Source of the DNA: Lama guanicoe
Lineage: Eukaryota
Direction of reading: 5' to 3'
DNA length: 64,000 nucleotides
NCBI GenBank assembly: GCA_013239625.1
Contig: MU055657.1
Span: 8,045,523 to 8,109,522 of the forward strand
Shown: positions 24,472 to 36,872 of the stretch, piece by piece
How positions within the stretch are numbered: position 1 is the first letter of the stretch
Layout: every line of letters starts with the position of its first letter
Notes under the pieces: generated by a model
Databases searched by the model: none
Seen by the model: only the letters and a program-made list of their open reading frames with translations
What the model was told of the DNA's origin: nothing
Program-made: the position numbers and the translations under genes

Positions 24472-26076
24472 GGCAACCTTTTAGCAACTGGTCATCTCTA
24501 GACCCTGGTCACAGTTTTCTATACCCCAGATTGCTGTCCCCGAGTAATCAGACCTGGGGAAAAATTATCGCCTATAGTAGTTTACTTTTCTGAACAGTCT
24601 AAAGGTGCTTTCTACATTACTCAAAATAAAAGTTATGTGCTAAGGAGAGTTCTGATTTAACTTAGCTACTTCTCATGGAAGCGTATGTTGTGAAATAGTT
24701 AAACATTAGCTTGATTGTATAGGTAAAAAAAGAAAAACACTTTGAAATAGGCATGGTTAATGGCTCCTTTTTAAAAGCAAACTTTTAACTATAGGCACAT
24801 GCACACTGAGACACAGAGCATCCATCAACCTTAGAAAAAGGTTTCTGGTCTGAGTATTGACATCCAAGATAGTGGCAGAGCCCAAGATAATGGAGCAGCT
24901 TTATTCCTAGAGTGATGTTTTAACTGGGACTTCATTGATGTTTGCGAGGTTTCCTGAGAGAAAATAACAGATCAAAAATGGTTGCATTTCTGTGGTTGAT
25001 GGGAGATTTTTTTCCCCAGACAAATCAGGTGGGATTTTCCTATAGGTCACTAGATTTCACTAATTCTAACTTCAGACCACTCTAAATTACTTTTGTAGAT
25101 TATCCAATTTGTGGGTTATTTGTAGCAATCTTTTTAATTCTTGCCTTATATTTACCTAACAACTGACCCAATTCTGAACCAATCCCCTTTCCTCAGTTTC
25201 CTCCAGCAAGGACTCAGGGACTGGGAGTTTAAGTAAATCCAAGTTAGGAAGGCAAATATTCCCAATGTAAAGGTTGTATAACATACTCCAAAATATTTTG
25301 AAATTTCATATTGTATTAGATCATTTGTGACTCTCTATTCCTTCATTAGGGTGTGATTTATCATCTTTATTTTGAAATTTTTGATTCAACACTCCAAACG
25401 TTTTTTGTTTTTGTTTTTTATTTTATTACCTTCAAAGTCCAGAGAACATGAGATACTCTTAGGAGAGGTAGATATCACAGCCTAAGTTTTATACTGACTG
25501 GCTTAAAGTATAATCATGCTTTGTTGAAATAGAAGAGTAAATTCCTCCACTCATCACATCAATTTTATAAAAATCAGAACTCAAGCCCTTAATAAATAAA
25601 TCCAGCTGAACATGAATAACATTGCTAAGAACTACATTTAAGAAGTAAAACAAAATCTAAAGAAACCTAATACTGATTAAACCATAGTTCACTGAAGTTT
25701 ATTGATTAAACAACAGTTCATAACAAGTGAGAGGGATTCTTTCCAACTCACAGGATACTTTCAGATTTTGGGTAATTCTTGAGTTTATCCTCAATCTATG
25801 TTTTTATACATCTGAACTTTAAAAGTCTGGCACAGGTAGATTTTTCTTGCTCCACTAAGAGCTAATATTAAGATCTTCCCTAAGAGGATCCTTAATAGGT
25901 TGGATGTTTTGAAAGTCCCCTTGGACCAGGTCCCTGGTATCTGGAAGCCAGAAAACAAGAAGAGAAGTACATTTATTTATAATAGAGCTTGGTGTTTCAT
26001 GGGGAGGGGAGTGGCAAGGCTAGAAAGCCCTGGGGGAAATACACAAGCTTTGTGAAGCCATGTGCTGTGTTATATG

Positions 26077-26460
26077 TTGTTATGGATTAAATTGTGTCTC
26101 CCTCGCAAAAAAAAAAATTCATATGTCGAGGTCCTAAACCCCAGTACATCAAAAGGTGACCTTATTTGGAGATAGGAAACTTACAGGAAATATCAAGTTA
26201 AAACGAAGACATTAGCATGGGCTTTAATCTAGTATTACTGTTGTCCTTATGAAAAGGAGAAATTTGGGCAGAGATGCACACAGGGAGAATACCATGTGTA
26301 CATGAAGGTGGCCATCTTCCTCCCTCCCAGCCTGCAGAAGAAACTCACACTGCTGACACTTTGATCTTGGACTTCTAGCCTCCAGGACTGTGAGATGATA
26401 CATTTCTGTTGTTGAAGATGCCCAGATTGTGGTCCTTTGTTATGGCATCTCTAGCATGGC
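26077..26460 (+). mobile_element. MaLR LTR MLT1B-like
   Basis: TGTTATGGATTAAATTGTGTCTCCC...GTGACCTTATTTGGAGATAGG...TTGATCTTGGACTTCTAGCCTCCAGGACTGTGAGA. Confidence 0.9.
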
Positions 26461-26769
26461 ATGGGGATGTTAAACCTTGATTCATCTCCAAAACAAAATC
26501 TTCAGTGAACTTTGTGTTGCATATTAATTCTTTTAGGGTAAGGGAATTATTTCTGGGGAATGTAAAGAGCTTCTGCAATCTGAATATTTGTAAGTGTGTG
26601 ATAACCAATACAAATTAGCAGCCAACACCTGAGTTATTCTCCTTTCTCCTTACTTCATATTGTACCCTGAAAAAAATTGTGTGATGAAAAGTAAAATAGG
26701 CTTTTCTAACCTCACTCTTCTTCCTCTCCACATCCACATGGCCCTTTCCAAATCTCTATATGTGGAGCA

Positions 26770-26915
26770 CTGTAGCATAGAAAGAGTCTGAACTTTGATA
26801 TTAGTTGGATGAGTAAATGGCGGCTCTGCCACATATAAGTCACTTAATTCTCTGAACCACAGTTTCATAATGTGTAAAACAGGGATAAAATATGCTTCAA
26901 AAGTTTCTGTCATTA
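26770..26915 (+). mobile_element. MIR SINE
   Basis: GGCTCTGCCAC...AAGTCACTTAATTCTCTGAACCACAGTTTC...TGTAAAACAGGGATAA. Confidence 0.75.
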
Positions 26916-27223
26916 AATAAGGGGAATAGAGAAACAGGCCAGACAACACTACAGGGAAGCAACCAGCCAAATGAGAAGTGTGAGTTACCCTACAGGGTAA
27001 ATAACAAGGTTTCTTAGCAAATAAATGATATAAGAAAGGGCAGAGTGACACTTAAAGATTAAAGAAAAAACAGGGAGATGTATTAACCTGATCCTGTGTG
27101 TGCAAACTGATGATCCTGATTTAAGCAAACCAATCGTAAAAAGATTTTTTTTAAGATAACTGGAGAAATGTGACAACAGGATATTAGATAATATTAGCAA
27201 CCTATTATCTGGGAAGGTTGGTA

Positions 27224-27430
27224 TGTGATTGCTGTGGTCTCAATGTGTCTCCCCAAAATTCTTACTTTGAAATTTTAAAATCCAAAGTGATGATGATAGA
27301 AGGTAGTACCTTTGGGAGACAATTAAGTCATGAAGGTGGAACCCTCGAGAATAGGATTAGCACTCTTATAAAAGTGGCTCCAGAGGGAACTCTCACCCTC
27401 CTTCCACTATGTGAGGATACAATGAGAAGT
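27224..27430 (+). mobile_element. MaLR LTR MLT1A-like, 5' half
   Basis: TGTGGTCTCAATGTGTCTCCCCAAAATTC...GGATTAGCACTCTTATAAAAG...ATGTGAGGATACAATGAGAAG. Confidence 0.85.
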
Positions 27431-27479
27431 TTATGATAATTAAGAAATATCTTCTAAAGGATTCTCAGAGAAAAAAACA

Positions 27480-29035
27480 AAATTAAAAATAATTAGAATT
27501 AATTACAATGATAATACTACAAACAAAAACATGAATATGACTAACAAAGTACTCATCAGAGGGAAATTCATAGTCTCAAATGCTTCTATTATTATATAAG
27601 AAATAATGAAAATAAATGAACTAAGCAATAGAATCAGCAAACTAGAAAACAAAAGCAAAACAAAGGACATGTGACTTCATAAAAATAAAAGCATAAATCT
27701 AATTAATTTGAAAATAGAAAAGCAATAGAGTTTTAAACAAAACGAAGACTTGGTTCTTTGAAAAGATTAATTAATTAGACAAATCTCTGCTAAGGCCTTA
27801 AGGCTAAGAATAATAATATATGTGAAACATTAAGCATAACTTTGGAGATACATTCACTTATAAAAATATTTTTTAAATTATAAACAAAAACTTTAGGCAA
27901 TTCTTTATTAAGATATGAAAATTTTGAAAAAATTAAATTACCAAACTGGCTCAAAATGATCCATGGAAAGTAAGAAATTAAAATAATTATCAGAAACCTT
28001 ATCTTCAAAATAGCATTGGACCTTTAAATTTTTAACAAAAAGTTTCTACCAATTATCCATTCTAGGGACAAATCATTTCTATCTGTGATTAAAAATATAT
28101 TTTAAAACATAGAAAAATCACAACCCATTTTTCAATGGATTGCCCAATGAAGAAATTCTCAGGGAAAGAAAACTGTAGAGGCAACTCATTTAGGAATACC
28201 AATATAAAACAACTTTTTAAAAGTTAACAAATTGAATCCAGGAATATTTTTAAAGTTTAGCATATCTTAACCAAGTAAGGATTATCTCCAGAATGCAAAG
28301 ATGGTTTGATGTTAGGAAATCTAGAAACGGAATTCATCTATTAAGATGTCAATGGATAAAAATAATGTGATCATCCCAATTAGATACACATAGGGATTTA
28401 ATAAAATTTGACAAAAATTCAGAATGAAAGTCTTAGTAAAATAAGAATAGGACAACAGTTTCTTAGCATGATTTGAAAAATTATCACAAACCAATATCCA
28501 GTATCTTGCTGAATGATAGGAAAATTTCTCCCTCTTTGAAAAATGCATGGATGCCTGCTAACATCATTCTGGAGGTAAAAATGGTGAAATCATTAAATAG
28601 GGGGCAAAATGATGACTATTAGAGATGAGATAGCAAACCTGTCATTATGACTCTCTACCTAAGCAACATAAAAAGAACAGTTGTACCTAAGCTACAACTA
28701 TTAGGGAAGTTGAAATATCTTTCGTATTTCTAGTTACAGAATTGACATTCTGTATGTTACAGAATTAACATTCATAACTCAATTTCTTTCCTAGATAATA
28801 ACCTTTAAAAAAGTGAAAATGGAAAACGATTCCATTCACACTATAACCAAAACATAAAATGCATAGGGGAAATTATTTAAGACACATTGTATCTTATATC
28901 TTTGTGGGAAAAAAAATTATAAAATTTACTGAGGAAATAAAAGAAGATGAAAATAAATTGAAATTTCAGGCATCTGATATGAAGCCCCAATATTAGTGAG
29001 ATTCAGGTTTCTCAAAATTAATGTATAAATGTAAC
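27480..29035 (+). mobile_element. Ancient L1M ORF2 segment, highly degenerate
   Basis: A-rich, with AGAGGGAAATTCATAG, TGGTTCTTTGAAAAGATTAA and CCAGAATGCAAAGATGGTTT. Confidence 0.8.
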
Positions 29036-29039
29036 AACA

Positions 29040-30530
29040 GCATGTGCAATTTAGCATAAGAGTTAAATGCACAGACTTTGGAGACAGCTGAATTAGAATC
29101 CCAGATCCACCTCTTACTGTGAGACATTGGATAAGATGCTTAACTTCCCTGAACTTGTTCATTTATCTTTAAAATAGTCATAAAGATGGACATTTAGGTA
29201 GTTTCCATGTCTTGGCTATTGTAAATAATGTTGCTATGAACACTGGGGTGCATGTATCTTTTTAAATTAAGGTTTCTTCTGGATATATGCCCAGGAATGG
29301 TATTGCTGGGTCATATGATAAGTCTATTTTTAGTCTTTTGAGGAATCTCCATACTGTTTTCCATAATGGCTACACAAAACTACATTCCCACCAATAGTGT
29401 AGGAGGTTTCTGTTTTCTCCAGATCCTCTCAGGCATTTATTGTTCATGGACTTTCGAATGATGGCCATTTTGACTGGTGCGAGGTGATACCTCATTGTGG
29501 TTTTGATTTGCATTTCTCGTAACTAATGATACTGAGCATTTTTTCATGTGCCTATTGACCATTTGTATGCCTTTATTGGAGAATTGCTAGTTTAAGTCTT
29601 CTGCCTATTTTTGGATTAGGTTGTTTGTTTTCTTATTAAGCTGTATGAGCTGTTCATATATTCTGGAAACTAAGCCCTCACCAGTCTCATCTTTTGCAAG
29701 CATTTTCTCCCATTCCATAGGTTGTCTTTTTGTTTTACTTATGATTTCCTTTGCTGTGCAAAAGCTTGTAAGTTTAATTAGGTCCCATTCATTTATTTTT
29801 GCTTTTATTTCTATTACTTGGATAGACTGCCCTAGGAGAACAACCTAAATGTCCATTGATAGATGACTGGATAAAAAAGTTGTGGTATATTTATACAATG
29901 GAATACTACTCAGCCATAAAAAATAAGATAATGCCATTTGCAGCCACATGGATGGACCTGCAGATTGTCATTCTAAGTGAAGTAAGCCAGAAAGAGAAAG
30001 AAAAATACTGTATGGTATCACTTATATGTGGAATCTAAAAAAAAGACAAATGAACTTATTTACAAAACACAAACAGACTCACAGACATAGAAAATAAACT
30101 TATCATTACCAGGGAAGGAAGTGGGTGGGAAGGGATAAATTGGGAGTTCAAGATTTGTGGATTCTAACTAATATATATAAAATAAATAAATAAAAATTTC
30201 ATACTGTATAGCACAGGGAACTATATTCAATATCTTGTAGTAACTTACAGTGAAAAAATATGGAAACAAATATATGTATGTTCATGTATGACTGAAGCAT
30301 TTTACTGTTCACCAGATATTGATACAACACTGTAAACTGACTATACTTCAATAAATATATATGTATATATATATACAAAAAATAAAGTAAAATAAAATGT
30401 AAAAAAAGTCATAAAGAGATATTTCTCTTGTAGGATTGCTGTGGAGGTTAAATAAAACAGTGCATGTAAAATCCTTAACACTGTATATTCTAGTTAGAGA
30501 TTAATAATGTTGGATATTTTAATTATTATT
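29040..30530 (+). mobile_element. MIR SINE split by an inverted L1
   Basis: 5' half 29040-29175 (GAATCCCAGATCCACCTCTTACTGTGAGACATTGGATAAG) and 3' half from 30418 (GTAGGATTGCTGTGGAGGTTAAATAAAACAGTGCATGTAAAA). Confidence 0.8.
29187..30406 (+). mobile_element. L1 with 5' inversion (antisense ~29187-29840, sense ~29840-30406)
   Basis: Antisense ORF2 segment joined to a sense 3' end with A tail. TSD AGTCATAAAGA at 29176-29186 and 30407-30417. Confidence 0.93.
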
Positions 30531-30544
30531 ATTTCCTTCTGAGA

Positions 30545-30768
30545 CAGAGATTTAAATATTTTCTATAAAGGGCTAAGTAATAATATTTTAGGATTTAGAG
30601 ATGTATAATTTCTTTGATATAGTCTTCTTAATTGTTTGTTTCTTTAAAACCTTTTAAAATGTAAAAAAATCATTCTCAACAAAATGTAAAAAAGTCATTC
30701 TCAAAGATCTGTGGCAAAAACAGTCCATGGTTCAGATGTGACCTGTAGACTTATTGTTTGCAGACCCA
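30545..30768. mobile_element. hAT-Charlie MITE, MER58-like
   Basis: TTTTCTATAAAGGGCTAAGTAATAATATTTTAGG...CAAAAACAG...GTTTGCAGACCC. Confidence 0.7.
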
Positions 30769-30789
30769 CCATGTAAACAAGTAAAATAG

Positions 30790-31185
30790 ATTTAACCTTG
30801 GTAATAATCAAAGAAATGCAAATTATATGCAAGTTATCAACTGGAAAAGGGTTTGTTTTATTATAATACCCAGTATTTATAAAGATGTGAGGAAATGGGC
30901 AGTCACATACACTGCTAGTGAATTTATGACTGGCGGCAAATTGAATGTATCCAAAGCTTAAGGTATGAATTTTTTTTCACCAAGAAATTCTATATCTAAA
31001 TATATTTCCTAAAGAAGTAATTGGAGACATTTTCATATGTTTGAATAAGAAGATTTATCAAGGAATAGTTACAATGTTGAAAAATCTATAAATACTTAAA
31101 TGTCTAACCATAGAAAATGGGTTAAATAAATTACAGTGCCTCTATATAATGGAATAATATGCAAGTATTAAAAATAATGATGGAT
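30790..31185 (+). mobile_element. Old L1ME ORF2 3' fragment
   Basis: GTAATAATCAAAGAAATGCAAATT...CACATACACTGCTAGTG...TAATGGAATAATATGCA. Confidence 0.75.
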
Positions 31186-32010
31186 TGTATACTGTCCTTT
31201 TCATTTGAGAAGCAGAAAACTATAACTTACATGAGAGAGCTGGTGGAAATCCAGGTAAATAGCTGCGTTTAGAAAACATCATTCTGGAATGACTCTACAT
31301 CTCTCAACAAAAGGCTAAGTATTGCTTTCAGAAAAACAAACAAAAAAAACAAAACAACAAACAAAAACCACTATATAGAATAGTGACAGTCTATAAGAAA
31401 CAAATTCATTCATTTTTTTAAACGTTGAGATCCAATCTAATTTTTTTCAGACTCCCTTAAAAATTTAAGAGTTTATTTAAACCTAGTGAAAAACACACGG
31501 AATTCATGGAATAGCATTATCATTTTCTGGAAAGTTCCTTCAGTTGTCCAACTTTTTTATACACAATGTATGCTCTGAACTTTGAGTTGGGTGTGATTTC
31601 TTCAAGACTAGAAAAGCTGTAAGGTAGACAAAATTAATCCCCACTTCTGACAGTAACCTCATTGACTTTTTGGCAAGATTTCCTTGTACTACATCTATTT
31701 TCTAACCCCCAAATGCCCTAAAATCTTCATTCTGCACTCTGTACTCAGCTACTCAAAGCTCTCACTTTAGAACCAATCCAAATATTTTATTGTCTGATGA
31801 ATTCATGCCACTGCAGACAAGTAGCATCTTATTTCTCCATGATAACTGGTAAGATTTTTAACTGTTGGCCATCAGGAAAAAGGACATCAGGGAAGCAGTG
31901 CATCAGGGTAGCAATGTATTTGTTCAGTTGTTCGATCTGAGACACCTTGGCAGGTTGATTGAGTAGCACAACTAAAAAGCCTTTAATATGGATGCCTCTA
32001 TGGAAGTCTT

Positions 32011-32307
32011 TTCTTTTTTTAATTTTTTTTATTGAAGTGTAGTTGATTTACAATGTTAGTTTCAGGTGTACAGCAAAGAGAGATTCAATTATACATATAC
32101 ATACACTTATATATATATATTTTTTCAGATTCTTTTCCATTATATGTTATTACAAGAAACTGACTATAGTTCCCTGTGCTATACAGTAGGTCTTTGTTGT
32201 TTATCTACTTTATATATAGTGATGTGTATGTGTCAGTCCCAAACTCCTAATTTATCCCTCCCTCTCCCTTGCCCTTTGGTAACCATAGTTTGCTTTCTAT
32301 GCCCGTG
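32011..32307 (-). mobile_element. Short L1 3' end
   Basis: T tail followed by ATTGAAGTGTAGTTGATTTACAATG. 11-bp TSD ATGGAAGTCTT at 32000-32010 and 32308-32318. Confidence 0.93.
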
Positions 32308-33289
32308 ATGGAAGTCTTAATTGTAGAGAAATCTACATTCAGGTATTTATAGTGAAGTTAATAGCATTAAAAGAGCTTATAAAAATTTATATCTTAATAG
32401 GCCCCTTTGCAACCTATACCTTGACCTGAATAATTAGATGAAATTGTGGCTGAAGTTTCCCACCTAGATTGCCTGTGAAAATGTCCAGTTCCATCATGGA
32501 CATGTTCCATCATGTCCATCTTTAAGGTCCTAGCATTTGCTGATTTTGTTTTTAGTTTTCTTTTCTAAGAGTTCCCCACATCTTTCCTCTTCTCTACCCC
32601 TCCTTTCCCCGCAATTCCCACTCTACCTGGTGGAACCAAGGGGAAAACCGAGACACGCAGGCACCTTGGGACTTTTTTTTAATCCAGTGATCTGAAGTAG
32701 TGAATGCACAAGAGATTAATTAGATGAGTATATTTTATGATTCAAAAAAATAAGAATTCTAGGGTACTGCAAGGAGGGGGCTGGAAAAAAAACAGTCAGG
32801 ATGATGGTAAGAAAAAAGGAGGGAAAAAAAAGAATGCAAAATGAGCAGAAGTGGTAAAGCTACAAGACCTTTGGTATAATTCTTTGATGAGCAATTGTAC
32901 GCGTGACCTTCAGAGAAAACTTACCTATTTCATGATTTGTTGACAGGCTGGTGTGTGACATTTTGACTAAAGGACCTAGTTACATTGTGAAGAGAGGAAG
33001 GTACCCTTTAGGTAAGGAATATAAACAAATGTCTCCAACTTAGACATTTTTGAAAGAGCTCAAGAGACTCCCGTTAAAGTGCATGAGGATGACATCCTGT
33101 AGCAGCTTTTGAAAAGGAAGCTATTTTAGACTCTATGAGCTTGCTGCTACATCATTTTTCCCCCAGATTTAAGTAGAAAAATAAAGTAGAAACAATTTGA
33201 CCATTTACTACAAGAATCAGAAAAATGCAGCTACTCTAAAGAAAGAGAATTTGGGAAACAAAAAGACAGCAAGAGTATGGATGGAATGT

Positions 33290-33600
33290 TTACATTTCAA
33301 CCTGTTTTTCAAATATATAGAAAGACCCTGGGCATTTCTAATGCAGAATAAAGATAACAAAGGGAAGCTGATGTTTCTCCTTATCTCTACCATAAAGGAC
33401 ATTTGGAATGCTCCTGCTTCAAAGGTACCGTTGAAGAAAAATTTAGAATATTTGATAGAGATTGAAATCTCTAAGGAGAAAGTTATGAAACATCTTGAGA
33501 AAATTCAGACTAGAACAGCAGCAGTGGATGATATTTAGCAATTAACTCCAAGGAAATAAAGAAATGTGCAATAGCAAAAATGCTGATAGGTTTTGCATAA
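33290..33600 (+). mobile_element. Ancient CR1/L3-like LINE ORF2 fossil (region upstream of RT)
   Basis: Peptide NLFFKYI...DNKGK...LIEIEISKEKVMKHLEKIQTRTAAVDDI, then IAKML, parallels CR1 ORF2 (FFKYI...KAE.LN.FF...V...L.KL...KS.GPD.IHPR.LKE...IA.PL). Confidence 0.6.
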
Positions 33601-34439
33601 AACAGAGTAATCTATTTTGGCCTTGAACAGCTGTTAAAAGTTCCTTCGAAGTCACTAACTAGCAATCAGCTGAAAGTTCCTTTCTGTCATTTGCATGCTT
33701 CCTAGGGTAAAAAAGAAAGAAAGAGAAAAAAAAAAAAAAAGATGAGCATCACCCTTTACAGAGATTTGTTAGAGGAGGAAAAGGAGAGATCTTTTTTCTT
33801 AGAGAGTCCAGTTTTAATAAAGGATTCTAGAAAAGGCTTTGTATGCAGGGCTTCGAGTCTTTATTCTCCAAAGGTAAATGCACTTGCTGAATAATTCTAT
33901 CCAGCACATAAGCCCTTCCTTGAATCATCAGGTCCAGCAATATGAGCATCCTGGACATTTATGAATGAGATACTCTAATGGGCATCTCAAATTCTCTTGC
34001 TAAATATTTTATCTCATATAAAAGGAAATTCATTAAAAGTATGTTAGGCATTCTTTTATTAGAATAATGTTGGATAGTTGATATCAAAGAAGAGCCATAT
34101 TTTAAATGATTTAAATTCTTCTATTGCTCTTTACAAGCCAAAAGTCATTATCAACTAGCTAAGGGTTCCATTTAATCATGAGTAAATGTAGCATGGCAAT
34201 TATAAGCATCAAAGAAAGACCCAGCTTCAGACAGAGGCCCACACAAAGTTTCTGGTTGTGAAAAGTTAATACACTCAAAAGAAGGTTTTTAAATTCTTTT
34301 GGCAAAAACCATTCCATATGGTCATATCAAGATTGGTCTAAGAAGAATAAACCATGAGGTTTTGTAAGACACGCATGAAACTTTAAAAGATCATTTTTAG
34401 AAAGGAGCTATATCCCATCATTGCATTCCAGGCGGGGCT

Positions 34440-34850
34440 CAGCCATTCAAAATGCCAAGTCTCCACTCTCACTCTCCGCCGAGCTAACTTTCAAAACTAT
34501 CCCAAGTTCACCCTCCAATTCGCAATGCTCTCTCCTTTCTCTGAGGCCAGGGCACTTAAAATTTATAGCACCCATTCGGTAATTAATCATGTAATGACCT
34601 GTGATATTTCTTTAATTGATATTATTTAATATTTCTCTTTCATTCTCTCTCTCTCCCTTCCCCCTTCCCCTACTTCCTGGGTCTTTTTCTGTCTCTCCAA
34701 CTCTCTGTCTTGCTCTTCCTTGTCTTGTAAACTATGTTTTACATTTTGATGGGAGCAAGTACTGGGTACACTGCTATATCTGACACATTATTTCATGGTA
34801 CACAATACTGTGTCTTGTATCCAGTAAGTGCTCAATAAAAGCTGTTTACT
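34440..34850 (+). mobile_element. L2 3' end
   Basis: Ends TACTGTGTCTTGTATCCAGTAAGTGCTCAATAAAAGCTGTT, an L2 terminus. Confidence 0.6.
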
Positions 34851-34852
34851 CA

Positions 34853-34980
34853 GGGGCATGGTTATAGTTCAGAGGTAGAGCGCACACACACAAGGTCCTG
34901 GGTTCAATCCCCACTACTTTCGTTATAAATAAAATATAAACAAACAAACAAACCTAATTACCTCTTCCCCTCTAAAACAT
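34853..34980 (+). mobile_element. tRNA-derived SINE (Vic-1-like), degenerate
   Basis: GGTTATAGTTCAGAGGTAGAGCG...GGTCCTGGGTTCAATCCCC...CTAATTACCTCTTCCCC. Confidence 0.88.
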
Positions 34981-36355
34981 TTTTTTAAGTTGCTTACTTA
35001 AAAAGTGAGCTTAAAACTTAACCTCATCCTGGAGGCCTGGAAGTTATCTTCAAAGACTTAATAACATTGATAAGCTATGATTTGAAGGCTGGGAGGTGAT
35101 AGGTAGCTGGACAGTATGGTGTCATGAGGCTGAGCAATCTTTCAGAGATAGTGTGCCAAATCTTCATTCATCCGCTCCTTTCCAAGGCCACAAGCATGGC
35201 AACTCCTAGGGAGAAGGAAGCACGACACATTCTCACAGATCATTCACCAACGTGTCCTGACAGAGGCCACTGTAGCATGAAGCAGTTCTGAGAGTCTTTC
35301 AGCAGAGGGATGCCAAGAACACTGAGGACAAAAGCTTCACAAACCATCGCCTTCTAGTCTCTCCAAGAGGGAGAAGAGGCAACATGAAGAGGTTTCTTCC
35401 TATATTTCTGTGTTCCTTTTAACATCTGAGCCCTCTAAAAGCCAGAATCTCAATTATCAGCTAGAAAAGCAGAGAAGTTTTCATTCACAGTCAAGTGAGA
35501 GAAAGATAAGATATTTCAGGTGGATGAAGAGAGTTTCCAAGAGAAATCTGATCTCCAACAGATTTATTTCTTTCTTCACAATTTACTTATGACATCAAAA
35601 CCATCTCAATTCTATCTTAGACATAAGAATCAAAAGGCATTTAGGAAAGTTTAAGAGTTTCACACCAAAAATATCAAATTGAATCAAGGGAACAGAATTT
35701 TCCAGCAGTGGAAAGGTAAAATCGTCCCCTAAAACTTCAGTTCTCCTCATTTCTACCATGGGATCTATTTGTGCTTTGCAAGCTGTTCGAAGTCATAGAA
35801 ATGGAAAGCCTCATTGAAAGTTTCACTGGTAATTCTGTCACCAATAATACTTAGCCAAATTTAAGAACACAGTAAAATATCAGAATCACCACGTTGATCT
35901 TCCAGAATGCTAAATAGATTCTGATAGATCGTCAATCAAATGCTTGTAAGTTTCAATATAAATTTAAAACCATTGGAAGCCACTGTCGTTTTCTGAGGAG
36001 GGAAAAATCAAAACTATAGTTTTGGAACAATGATCATTGAATGTATGGATATGTAGAATGATAGAAAAATCGTATAATTTTGTCCATGACTTCTTTGAAA
36101 ATAGAAAATGCACTTACCACAATATTTGGCATAGAATTTCAAAGGATTCAAAGACCCACATATGTGAAATTCTTAGGAGTTAATAAACTTCAGATTACAA
36201 ATCTTTTTGCAGATGGAAAGACCAGGTACATAGAGGTGAGTGGGAAAGCCATGAAACTTCTCCAGACATGTGGTATCTTTCCCATATCAAAGATATGGCT
36301 ATGATGGCATAGTTATTAGAAATGCTGTAGATGTAGTAAGTTTAGTTGGACTGAA

Positions 36356-36872
36356 TGTAGGCACAGTAGGCAGAATAATGGCCCCCCAAAGATGTCTACA
36401 TCCTAATCCCTGGACCTTGTGTATGTGCTATCTGACCTGATAAAGGAGAATTAAGGCTGTAGATGGAAATGACGTTGCTAACCAGCTAACCTTGGGATGG
36501 GGAGACCATCCTGGATTACCCAGGTGGAACCAGCGTAATCACAAGGGTCATTATAAGTGAAAGATGGAGATGGTAGAGTCGGTGTCAGAGTGGTGTGGTC
36601 TGAGAAAGACTCAACTGACCATTGCTGGCTTTGAAGATGGAAGGAGGACACAAGTCAAGGAATGCAGGTGGCTTCTAGAAGATGGAAGAGGCAAGGAAAT
36701 ATATCCTTCAGTAGACCCTCCAGAAAGAAGACAGCCCTGCAAACATCTACACTGCAGCCCAGTGAGACCCATTTCACACTTCTGCCCTCAAGAACAGTAA
36801 GATAATTGGTGGTGTTGTAAGCCAATAAGTTTGTGGTAAATTTTTTCAGCAGCACAATAGAAAACTAACACA
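36356..36872 (+). mobile_element. MaLR solo LTR MLT1D-like, near full length
   Basis: GGCAGAATAATGGCCCCCCAAAGATGTC...GCTGGCTTTGAAGATGGAAGGAGG...AATAGAAAACTAACACA. Confidence 0.92.

Noticed and set aside
26650..27051. 133-aa minus-strand ORF
   Set aside because: It overlaps MIR and old L1 3'UTR sequence and has no domain signature.
35890..35930. Minus-strand IYLAFWK resembling the RT motif IYLDF.KAFD
   Set aside because: Too short and degenerate, with no other RT motifs visible.
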